Positions 24,538 through 31,967 of a stretch of DNA of 32,000 nt are shown in pieces; position 1 is the first letter of the stretch; every line of letters begins with the position of its first letter. A program made the position numbers and the translations under genes. Origin of the DNA: Candidatus Saccharimonadota bacterium (lineage in GTDB: Bacteria; Patescibacteriota; Saccharimonadia; Saccharimonadales; Saccharimonadaceae); assembly GCA_000503915.1 (NCBI GenBank), contig CP006915.1, positions 90,001 through 122,000 on the forward strand. The letters are read 5' to 3'. Below the pieces are notes generated by a model. That model searched no databases, was not told the DNA's origin, and worked only from the letters and a program-made list of their open reading frames with translations.

Positions 24538-24571
24538 GTTGCGAAATGTGTCGGTGAGGGGCACCAAATAT
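24538..24571 (+). repeat. cassette-boundary repeat, copy E
   Basis: GTTGCGAAATGTGTCGGTGAGGGGCACCAAATAT. It starts 2 nt after the stop of 24270-24536. Confidence 0.85.
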
Positions 24572-24646
24572 GAAGACCTTCTGATCTTTTTATTTTGGCC
24601 TATTGCGAATCCAACTCGCATCAGCAAGCACTGGCGAGCAAGACTT

Positions 24647-24655
24647 TGCTATACT
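24647..24655 (+). promoter_or_regulatory. extended -10 (TGCTATACT) 8 nt upstream of the tRNA-Arg(UCU) 5' end
   Basis: Read directly from the sequence. Confidence 0.5.
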
Positions 24656-24663
24656 AGACGCAT

Positions 24664-24740
24664 GCCCCGGTAGCTCAGTTGGATAGAGCAGAGGACTTCT
24701 AAGCCTAAGGTCGCTGGTTCAAGCCCAGCCCGGGGTACCA
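24664..24740 (+). tRNA. tRNA-Arg(UCU), CCA encoded
   Basis: GCCCCGG TA GCTC AGTTGGATA GAGC A GAGGA CTTCTAA GCCTA AGGTC GCTGG TTCAAGC CCAGC CCGGGGT A CCA. The anticodon stem has only 3 central Watson-Crick pairs (27-43 G-A, 31-39 A-G). Confidence 0.8.
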
Positions 24741-24794
24741 TTTCTGTGGTCCATAGAAATTACTTAAATTCCTTTTATTTGCTAAACTAACTAT

Positions 24795-25100
24795 ATGGTC
24801 ATTCTCTATTTAACTTGCGCCGACAACGAAGAGGCTCTTAAAATTAGTAACGCTTTACTGGAGGCAAAGTTAATTGTTTGCGCGCGACGCTCACCCGTAA
24901 GCTCATCATACTGGTGGGATGGGAAGATAAATCATGATGATGAGATCCTTCTTATGATGGAAGGTACTGAAGAGAAATTTGATGAGATAGAAAAAGTAGT
25001 CACAAATCTACACAGTTACGATGAGTATGTATTGACTATGATTCCAAATGTACAAACCACACCTGGTGTTCACCAATGGCTAAAAGAAACTCTCGCTTAG
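24795..25100 (+). CDS. cutA: divalent-cation tolerance protein CutA
   Basis: 101 aa. LIVCA...SSYWWDGKI...E..L..K...H.Y pattern typical of CutA1. Confidence 0.8.
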   Translation: MVILYLTCADNEEALKISNALLEAKLIVCARRSPVSSSYWWDGKINHDDEILLMMEGTEEKFDEIEKVVTNLHSYDEYVLTMIPNVQTTPGVHQWLKETLA

Positions 25101-25238
25101 TTCGGTTCTAATTTCATACAATACGCCGTACCAGATTGTAAACTGCACAATCAATAGCTTGTTTTTGCAGGCTGTTTATTTTATTACCTCTTGTTATGCT
25201 ATAGTGGAACCACAAGCCTTAAGCGAGGGAGACAGTAC

Positions 25239-25634
25239 GTGGAAGAAGATAAGCAGACAACCGAAGTCCGTAAAACCAATGAGCGAGTCGGCAACACGAC
25301 CGTACAGCGACAAAGTATCGAACAAAAAACAGCCGTTTCTGGTGTCGTGATTGCCCAGCGGGTCATCTACTACGTCGGTGGCGTCATCGTTGCACTCATT
25401 CTGGTGCGCTTGCTACTCCAGCTGCTAGGCGCCAACCAAGAAAGTGACTTCGTCAGTTTTATCTACGGCCTAAGCGGCGTCTTTGTCGCCCCATTCTTTG
25501 GTATCTTCGGTGAACCAACCTTTGGCACTTCCCACTTCGAGACATCAGCAGTTGTCGCGATTGTTATCTATGCCTTGCTCACTGTTGGTATTGCAAAGCT
25601 CATTACGCTCACGCGGCCTCACGAAGAAGTCTAA
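25239..25634 (+). CDS. YggT-like small membrane protein
   Basis: GTG 25239 is preceded by GAGGGAG. RVIYYVGGVIVALILVRLLLQLLGAN...FIYGLSGVFVAPFFGIF resembles the YggT family. Confidence 0.6.
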   Translation: MEEDKQTTEVRKTNERVGNTTVQRQSIEQKTAVSGVVIAQRVIYYVGGVIVALILVRLLLQLLGANQESDFVSFIYGLSGVFVAPFFGIFGEPTFGTSHFETSAVVAIVIYALLTVGIAKLITLTRPHEEV

Positions 25635-25654
25635 TCAAAGCAAATTTATAAAAT

Positions 25655-25684
25655 CATCTCCCAAGTCGCGGGAGATGCTTTTTA
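25655..25684 (+). terminator. rho-independent terminator
   Basis: CATCTCCC aagtcgc GGGAGATG CTTTTT. Confidence 0.75.
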
Positions 25685-25844
25685 TATAAACTATTTACAA
25701 ATAATTATTCTTATGTTAGAATTAAACTAATAGTTCCCGCGTATCTCTAACGAAATATACTTAGGTGCTACCGGATGAATACCTGATCTTACTTTTCTTG
25801 TCATTCATCACCAACAACAATGATGAATGAAAGGTATTATTCTC

Positions 25845-27053
25845 ATGCAAGCAACACGACGCTCTTTTAGCGCCCGAAAACAATTTAATGGTGGCCGCCG
25901 TAAATTTACGCCTAGTCGCCGCGCGCCCCGAGGCAAGCAGTATATCGACCCGGCGCGGTTTATCAATAAGCACATCGTCGAAGAGCGTGCCCCGGACTAC
26001 AAGCCGACGCACCTATTTACCGATTTTGGTTTGCACCGCGTTATTGAAAGTAACCTTGCCGAAGCTGGTTTCAGCGCGCCAAGCGCGATTCAAGACCAGG
26101 CCTTACCGCTCGCACTTGAAGGACGTGACGTGATTGGCCTTGCCAATACCGGCACCGGAAAAACGGCGGCGTTCCTTTTGCCTATCCTGCAGAAACTATA
26201 TAAGACCCGTACGACGCAGTCAGTGCTCATCATGGCACCAACGCGTGAACTGGCGCAGCAAATTGATGCAGAATTCAAAAAATTCTCACGCGACATGAAA
26301 CTCTATGCCGCCATTTGCGTAGGTGGTGTCAATATCACCGGTCAAATTCGCCAGCTCCAGCGTAAGCCACACGTTATCATCGGCACGCCGGGACGACTGA
26401 AAGACCTGATCAACCGCGGCATGCTGCGGCTCGACACAATCGACACGCTGGTACTCGACGAAGCCGACCGCATGCTCGATATGGGCTTTATAAACGATAT
26501 CCGCGCGATTGTGCAGCAGATTTCCTCTGATCGCCAAACGCTTTGTTTTAGCGCGACGATTACGCCAGGCGTCAAAAGCATCATCAACGACTTTATGCGT
26601 AATCCGGAGCTAGTATCGGTACGTGTTACCGACACTAATGACCATATCCACCAAGATGTCGTCGAATACCACGACGATACCCACAAAAAGGAGCTCCTGA
26701 CCGAACTATTGCAGCAGAGCGAGTTTGAGAAAGTGATTGTCTTTGGTGAAACCAAATACGGCGTACAGCGTCTCAGCGACAACCTCGAAAAACAAGGTAT
26801 CACTTCGGCAGCGATTCACGGCAATAAGTCGCAGAGTCAACGCGAACGAGCCCTAAGAGCCTTCAAAGCTGACCAGACAAAAGTCTTGGTCGCGACCGAC
26901 GTCGCCGCCCGCGGACTCGATATCCCCGACGTTAGCCACGTGATCAATTTCGATCAGCCACAAAGCTATGATGACTACGTCCACCGCATTGGCCGAACAG
27001 GCCGTGGTGGTAAGACCGGTAAAGCCCTCACTTTCGTCCAAAAACGATCTTAG
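25845..27053 (+). CDS. DEAD-box ATP-dependent RNA helicase
   Basis: Q-motif, ANTGTGKTAAF, PTRELA, VLDEADRMLDMGF, SAT and HRIGRTGRGG. ATG 25845 has GAAAGG 10 nt upstream. The alternative in-frame ATG 25827 lies inside a hairpin. Confidence 0.9.
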   Translation: MQATRRSFSARKQFNGGRRKFTPSRRAPRGKQYIDPARFINKHIVEERAPDYKPTHLFTDFGLHRVIESNLAEAGFSAPSAIQDQALPLALEGRDVIGLANTGTGKTAAFLLPILQKLYKTRTTQSVLIMAPTRELAQQIDAEFKKFSRDMKLYAAICVGGVNITGQIRQLQRKPHVIIGTPGRLKDLINRGMLRLDTIDTLVLDEADRMLDMGFINDIRAIVQQISSDRQTLCFSATITPGVKSIINDFMRNPELVSVRVTDTNDHIHQDVVEYHDDTHKKELLTELLQQSEFEKVIVFGETKYGVQRLSDNLEKQGITSAAIHGNKSQSQRERALRAFKADQTKVLVATDVAARGLDIPDVSHVINFDQPQSYDDYVHRIGRTGRGGKTGKALTFVQKRS

Positions 27054-27535
27054 GACTTTTTGCTGCGCCTGATAACACGTCTCACCCACAAGGTGACTCG
27101 CTCAAGCTCACCTTTAGCGAGCGGTCCTTCATTGCCAGTAACAATGAAGCCTTCGGGACGCTCAACAATACACGTTGAACCGTGCTGAAACGAGTGGGCA
27201 ATTTTTGGCGCAGCAAACCCAATCATTCTCATCAGGAGCTTTAGCCACCGTCCGACAGTTCTTGAGTTCAAGCGCGTATCGAACGGCGCAACGTGCAACG
27301 TGCTAGGCAGCGTAAGCGCGTAGGTATCGATGACTTCTTGCAGATGCTCTGTCGGTCGACCACCTTGTGTCGGCGTACCAATAAAGAGTACGTCGATACC
27401 GTCGAAATCACCACTCTCCACCTTATTGGCAAGCTTTCGGTGCGCTGATCCATACGCTGTGGCGGTTTCAACAATCCACTCAGCAACCTTGGCGGTATTA
27501 CCGTACTTTGAGTCATATACTACCAGCGTTTTCAT
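27050..27535 (-). CDS. flavodoxin-family protein
   Basis: MKTLVVYDSKYGNTAKVAEWI... FMN-binding N-terminal motif, 161 aa. Confidence 0.75.
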   Translation of the reverse strand: MKTLVVYDSKYGNTAKVAEWIVETATAYGSAHRKLANKVESGDFDGIDVLFIGTPTQGGRPTEHLQEVIDTYALTLPSTLHVAPFDTRLNSRTVGRWLKLLMRMIGFAAPKIAHSFQHGSTCIVERPEGFIVTGNEGPLAKGELERVTLWVRRVIRRSKKS

Positions 27536-27623
27536 AATTTTACGCTAGCACATAACTACTGCACATGCCTGTGAGATCCCTCACAGACACCGCTACACTG
27601 TTTTCTAACTCAGATTGGTCTCT

Positions 27624-28262
27624 CTAGAGTAGATGCATGAAGCGATCACGCATTGTCGGAGCGCCCATATTACTGCCGCAGCCCGCTGGATCGCTGGAAT
27701 TGTTCTCGTCTTTTGCTTTATTTTGGATACCCTTGTACTCAGCCTGGAGTTGCTCTGGCGTTTGGTTGCCATAGTTAATCAGCACCTTGTCCTGGTCGCC
27801 AATTACCCGGTTGGTGATACTATCAACTTTTTTGCCATTCACCATGAACGTTAGCTTTTTGCCTCCGGCTGTAGTGTAGACATCTTGCCCGGTACTAAAG
27901 TAGGTGTCGCCAACCCCCCAGTCCAACACAGCGAAGAAGTTACCCCAAGTAACTAGCTCATCCTCCACGTGCACGACGTCGCTAACCATACCGTGCATAT
28001 GCACCCGTGACAGTGGTGTCATCTTGGCCTCATGCGGTTCAGCCGCACAAACAGCGGCGGCTGTTTCCTCATAATATTTTAAGCTTTTGAATGCTTCGCG
28101 CTGGCCATTGATGTAGACTGCAAAGTTAGCATGATAATGTGGTCTTTCAGCAGGATGGTAAGTGACAAATCGGACGCCCAACACTACAAGTACACCGACT
28201 AATAGGCTAGTGGTGGCGATGAACCAACGTTTTTTCATAACACTCGTAAGTTTAGATTTCAT
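27624..28262 (-). CDS. membrane-anchored exported His/Met-rich protein, unknown family
   Basis: N-terminal TM helix. PHYHANF, EPHEAKMTPLSRVHMHGMVSDVVHVED. Its ATG overlaps the upstream TAA (TAATG). Confidence 0.7.
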   Translation of the reverse strand: MKSKLTSVMKKRWFIATTSLLVGVLVVLGVRFVTYHPAERPHYHANFAVYINGQREAFKSLKYYEETAAAVCAAEPHEAKMTPLSRVHMHGMVSDVVHVEDELVTWGNFFAVLDWGVGDTYFSTGQDVYTTAGGKKLTFMVNGKKVDSITNRVIGDQDKVLINYGNQTPEQLQAEYKGIQNKAKDENNSSDPAGCGSNMGAPTMRDRFMHLL

Positions 28263-28849
28263 TAACTTGCTTCCTCCATTTTTTTAATTTCCTTCAGTAA
28301 CATATCATTCCTATTTCCCATCTTGGGATCGTCAAACGTATAGCGAACAATACCTTTCTCATCAACCAGCACAAAAGTGTGGCCTGGTAACATGCCGCTA
28401 TGCATCGATGAAGGCAGATTGAGCATATCGTACTGCCGCGAAACCGACTTGTCGGAGTCTAACAGGATTGTTCCCTTGCCGAGATCGGGCATCCTATCGA
28501 TCGCTTCGCGCCAGCCATCACGGGCATCTCCGACAATACTAAGTGCCACCACGTCACCACTATTCAACTGCTCATCAGTGCCGAGCGCTGCAATTTGGTT
28601 CCAGCATGCCGGGTAACACATCAAACCTTCATTGAAAAAGAGAATCACCTTTTTGCCTTTCAGCTGACTGAGCGTGTAATCTTTGCCGTCATACGAGGTA
28701 AGTGTAAAGTCCGATGCCGGACGGCCAACCAGCGCGTCAAAGGAAGTACCGGGCTGAGCTTGGCCAGCGCCCTTATTCAGACTGTCACCCGTAAAGACAG
28801 CGACGCCGAGTAGTACCACCACCACGCCAACTATAATATATTTAATCAT
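28262..28849 (-). CDS. membrane-anchored thioredoxin-fold protein, Sco/TlpA-like with CxxxC
   Basis: KGKKVILFFNEGLMCYPACW (CYPAC) and downstream GHTFVLVDEKGIVRY parallel the Sco1/SenC pattern (CPDxCP ... H ... dG). SD AGGGAGGAAAG. Confidence 0.7.
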   Translation of the reverse strand: MIKYIIVGVVVVLLGVAVFTGDSLNKGAGQAQPGTSFDALVGRPASDFTLTSYDGKDYTLSQLKGKKVILFFNEGLMCYPACWNQIAALGTDEQLNSGDVVALSIVGDARDGWREAIDRMPDLGKGTILLDSDKSVSRQYDMLNLPSSMHSGMLPGHTFVLVDEKGIVRYTFDDPKMGNRNDMLLKEIKKMEEAS

Positions 28850-29720
28850 CTTTCCTCCCTTTCACAATTTCACTCCGACGTGCCTGTCGGTAGGCGACCC
28901 ATGCCACCAGTCCAAACAGTAGCGTAAAGATGACTGCCCAGGCATACTCTGGGATAAGCTGCGTCACCTGACTAACTGTCCGCGTCACTTCGGCAGCCAG
29001 TAAGTTTAGCTTCAGCTGGTACACGCTCGTTCCTTCCGGACTTGCCCTCTCAAAGATAATGATGAAAAGTCCGATAGCAATAAACAGAAAACCGGATATC
29101 AAATGAGACAGATTGACGTTAATCGCCCTGCCCGCCAGCCGGTAGGATATGACGCGGCGAATCGCGCTAAACTTTTCCATGACATTGGCCTTGTCGATAA
29201 GAAACGCCATGATGAACAGCGGCAGCACCAGCCCAGTGACAAACGCCAACGAATAGACCGGACCCAACACCCACGAGCCTGGAATCGCCGATAACGCCAA
29301 TACACCGGCCAGCACTGGAGCGCAGCAACTGGTTGCAATACCCGAGAAGATACCCAGCACATAGAGCGAGCCCGGGTCATGACCCTTTAGTTGCGGCTTA
29401 ATGCGCATCGGCAACATATAGGATCGGCCGAGCACCAGAGCAACCCCGAGCGCGATCATAAACAAACCGCCGAGCGTGAAGATTATGACGTGATAGCGAC
29501 TAAACAGCGCGCCGAGTCCAGCCATCCCCAGCCCCAGCGGCAAAAAGACCGTCAGTAGGCCTAGATAGTAGAAAAATGTCATTAGAAAAATTTTGCTCTT
29601 TGTTTTAAAGACCGACGCCAGATATGCTGGTAACAATACTCCTATGCAACATGGAGCAAACAAGGCGGCAATGCCTGCCAAAAAGGCGGTGACCAACGAT
29701 GCCGTACTGACAATATCCAC
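28842..29720 (-). CDS. CcdA/DsbD-type polytopic membrane protein with two CC motifs
   Basis: LFAPCCIGVLLP and ATSCCAPVLAG lie in TM helices. The likely GTG start at 29720 overlaps the upstream TAG (TAGTG) and follows GGAGGAG. Confidence 0.75.
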   Translation of the reverse strand: MDIVSTASLVTAFLAGIAALFAPCCIGVLLPAYLASVFKTKSKIFLMTFFYYLGLLTVFLPLGLGMAGLGALFSRYHVIIFTLGGLFMIALGVALVLGRSYMLPMRIKPQLKGHDPGSLYVLGIFSGIATSCCAPVLAGVLALSAIPGSWVLGPVYSLAFVTGLVLPLFIMAFLIDKANVMEKFSAIRRVISYRLAGRAINVNLSHLISGFLFIAIGLFIIIFERASPEGTSVYQLKLNLLAAEVTRTVSQVTQLIPEYAWAVIFTLLFGLVAWVAYRQARRSEIVKGRKDD

Positions 29721-30157
29721 TACTTCTCTCCTCCACAACAGTCCATGACGTTGTCGACCAGCGGTTTCTTGCCTGGATCGTTACGATAGATAAATATAGC
29801 CCAAGCCACCACCCATACGACCGCCACCAGACCAAATGCCAGCAAAACTGTTTCAGTTTTAATGAGCGCGTAAGAAGCAGCGGTTAGCGACAAGAAGAAT
29901 GGCAGAGTAAAGATACGTAGGCTTCTTGGAACTTTGTCGCGTAGCAAATAGAATAGCCCGCTGATGCTTTGTCCCATCAGCAGCGCCAGGATTACATCGT
30001 CATGAATACCTCCCAGTTTAGATAAAGCAAGTAACCCTAGCCAAGTGAGTGCAATGCCTGCACAGATCGCGCAGACTAGCCTAGGTAATCTCCCACGTGC
30101 TGCCAGTACAGCAATAAAGATTAGGCTGATCGTTACAAAGCTATAAAAGAGAATCAT
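29720..30157 (-). CDS. small 4-TM membrane protein with CxxC (CAIC) in TM2 and C-terminal DCCGG
   Basis: 145-aa ORF with SD AAGGAAG. It is the first gene of a translationally coupled four-gene set. Confidence 0.7.
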   Translation of the reverse strand: MILFYSFVTISLIFIAVLAARGRLPRLVCAICAGIALTWLGLLALSKLGGIHDDVILALLMGQSISGLFYLLRDKVPRSLRIFTLPFFLSLTAASYALIKTETVLLAFGLVAVVWVVAWAIFIYRNDPGKKPLVDNVMDCCGGEK

Positions 30158-30269
30158 GACTAGTCGCTTCCTTGCCTCATGGGCGATTTGGTTACTATAT
30201 CTAGATTACACGGTGAGAATAATATATGCAAGTATTCTAATATAGTAATACATGTGATATTATAAAGAT

Positions 30270-30794
30270 ATGTATGGCAGACTATTTCAGCTCCAAGAGG
30301 AAACACTCAAGACGCTCGCCAACCAGAAGCGTCTAGAGATCGTCCAGCTTCTCGGTCAAGGGGAGCTGACAGTGAGTGAAATGATAGAAATGCTCGGTAT
30401 TAGTCAGTCAAACCTATCCCAGCACTTAGCTGTCCTGAGGCGTTACCAGATCGTCGCTACCCGCAAGGAAGGCCTCTACGTCTACTACCGGCTGACTGAC
30501 GGGCATATTGCCGAAGCTATTAAACAATTGCGTGAGTTTCTAAAAATTCGCTATGCATACGAACCCGAAATCACTAAGCTTAACCGCTTGAACGACCCTG
30601 CTCTTTATCCGATCGTCAAGGATCCAGTCTGCGGTATGCGCCTCAGCGAGTCAGAGGCATATGCCTCAGTCATGCACAATAACAAGTCCTATCACTTCTG
30701 TGCCAGCGGGTGCTACGATAAATTCACAGCACATACGGCACGATACATTAATGTAAAGAATGTCAATCAAGGAGGTATACCCTATGCTCTATAA
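30270..30794 (+). CDS. ArsR/SmtB-family regulator fused to a C-terminal YHS/TRASH metal-binding domain
   Basis: LANQKRLEIVQLL...LSQHLAVLR (ArsR wHTH), then VKDPVCGM...YHFCASGCYDKF (YHS). Confidence 0.85.
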   Translation: MYGRLFQLQEETLKTLANQKRLEIVQLLGQGELTVSEMIEMLGISQSNLSQHLAVLRRYQIVATRKEGLYVYYRLTDGHIAEAIKQLREFLKIRYAYEPEITKLNRLNDPALYPIVKDPVCGMRLSESEAYASVMHNNKSYHFCASGCYDKFTAHTARYINVKNVNQGGIPYAL

Positions 30795-31002
30795 CTATGA
30801 CATGCTAGGCAGTTACAGTGTCTGGGATGGTATTCTCATGTTCCTAATGATGGTGCTGATAGTTTTTGCCATCATCTGGGCTGTCCACTATGTGAGCCGA
30901 AGTGGCAGCGATGATAATGCTCTTACTATTCTCAAGAAGCGTTATGCCCGCGGCGAAATTGACAAGAAAGAATACGAGGAAAAGAAAGCGGAGCTGCAAT
31001 AG
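30784..31002 (+). CDS. SHOCT-domain small membrane protein
   Basis: AAGGAGG lies 7 nt before ATG 30784. One TM helix, then LKKRYARGEIDKKEYEEKKAEL. Confidence 0.7.
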   Translation: MLYNYDMLGSYSVWDGILMFLMMVLIVFAIIWAVHYVSRSGSDDNALTILKKRYARGEIDKKEYEEKKAELQ

Positions 31003-31043
31003 AGCTTATGGCTTTCCTGTTATAGCGATGCTACACTAGGGGC

Positions 31044-31328
31044 ATGCAGTTAATTCTACTCACCCACATCATACTCCTCACCCTCTCGCTCGTAGCAACG
31101 GCCGGTATGATCGGCGCCCACTTACTTTCACATGCTATTCCCACAAAACTTATAGCACTTAATGCTGGCGGAACGCTGGTCGGACTGGGAGCCGGCGGCA
31201 TCTTGCTGCTTTTCAAGCCGCTCGGGCTCGACTGCCTGCTGCTCCTTGGCTATCTGCTTGTCTTCAGTGCAGTCCAAGCGTTTCTCTACAAAAAGAATTT
31301 ACCCCGCAATCTTGGGCTGGAAGTCTAA
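31044..31328 (+). CDS. hypothetical small membrane protein
   Basis: 94-aa hydrophobic ORF with 3 helices. Confidence 0.5.
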   Translation: MQLILLTHIILLTLSLVATAGMIGAHLLSHAIPTKLIALNAGGTLVGLGAGGILLLFKPLGLDCLLLLGYLLVFSAVQAFLYKKNLPRNLGLEV

Positions 31329-31967
31329 GTCGTCTTCTTTGATCGCTGTCACCAATTTTGTCAGGTTAACTATATAGTATTTACGACGGGTCGAGATGAT
31401 TCCGTCTTTTTTGATGTCCAGCGTCTCGAGCGCCACCGTTTCACGGGTCAGGCCAGCAAAACTCGCTAAGTCTTTCTGCGTCAGCGGAATATTGATCCGA
31501 ATGACATCTTTCATAACCGAGGTACCGTAACGGAGCGAAAAATTATACAAAGTATAGAGGAGTTTTAGGCGTGCACGTGACTGCTCCAACGCGGTAATGT
31601 GGAGCGACTTCGTCACATAGTCATTCACCATATGACCAAGCATTTCATGTGCCAGTAGCGAATCGGCAGCTAACGCCTGGTGGAAGGTATTTTTGTCGAC
31701 AACATAGAGCTCACAGTCGGTATGGGCGACGTAGTAAAAGAGCGCGATGGTCGTTTTTGAGAATAGCCAGCCGACTGGAAATAGCTCGTTCTTCACAATG
31801 AAAGCGACGGATTTTTCCTCCAGCTCAGGCGTATAGGCAAATGCGCGTATGACGCCGGATTTAATGGCATAGGCGTGAGTTGGTTCATAGTCGCGGACAA
31901 ATATCGTCTCGCCTTTTTTGAACTTTTGGGTGTGATAGCCTTCGTACAGTTGCTTCACTCTATCCAC
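31299..31967 (-). CDS. Crp/Fnr-family transcriptional regulator
   Basis: cNMP-binding beta-roll N-terminus and C-terminal HTH (LTQKDLASFAGLTRETVALETL). GTG start preceded by AGGAAGG. Confidence 0.8.
   Translation of the reverse strand: MDRVKQLYEGYHTQKFKKGETIFVRDYEPTHAYAIKSGVIRAFAYTPELEEKSVAFIVKNELFPVGWLFSKTTIALFYYVAHTDCELYVVDKNTFHQALAADSLLAHEMLGHMVNDYVTKSLHITALEQSRARLKLLYTLYNFSLRYGTSVMKDVIRINIPLTQKDLASFAGLTRETVALETLDIKKDGIISTRRKYYIVNLTKLVTAIKEDDLDFQPKIAG

Noticed and set aside
20731-24571. Could the five-copy repeat be a CRISPR array or integron attC sites?
   Set aside because: The spacing is about 0.3-2 kb and contains whole genes, so it is not a CRISPR array. The repeat starts with GTTGCGA, but there is no inverse core (TCGCAAC-like R'') within 50-150 bp and no intI-like gene. 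It therefore does not fit attC architecture.
24603-24623. Inverted partial copy of the tRNA-Gly T-arm (reverse complement GATGCGAGTTGGATTCGCAAT) at the right border of the variable region.
   Set aside because: The match is about 16/21 and breaks the T-stem complementarity. The evidence is too weak to call an att site on its own. It is noted only as context for the stronger direct-repeat observation.
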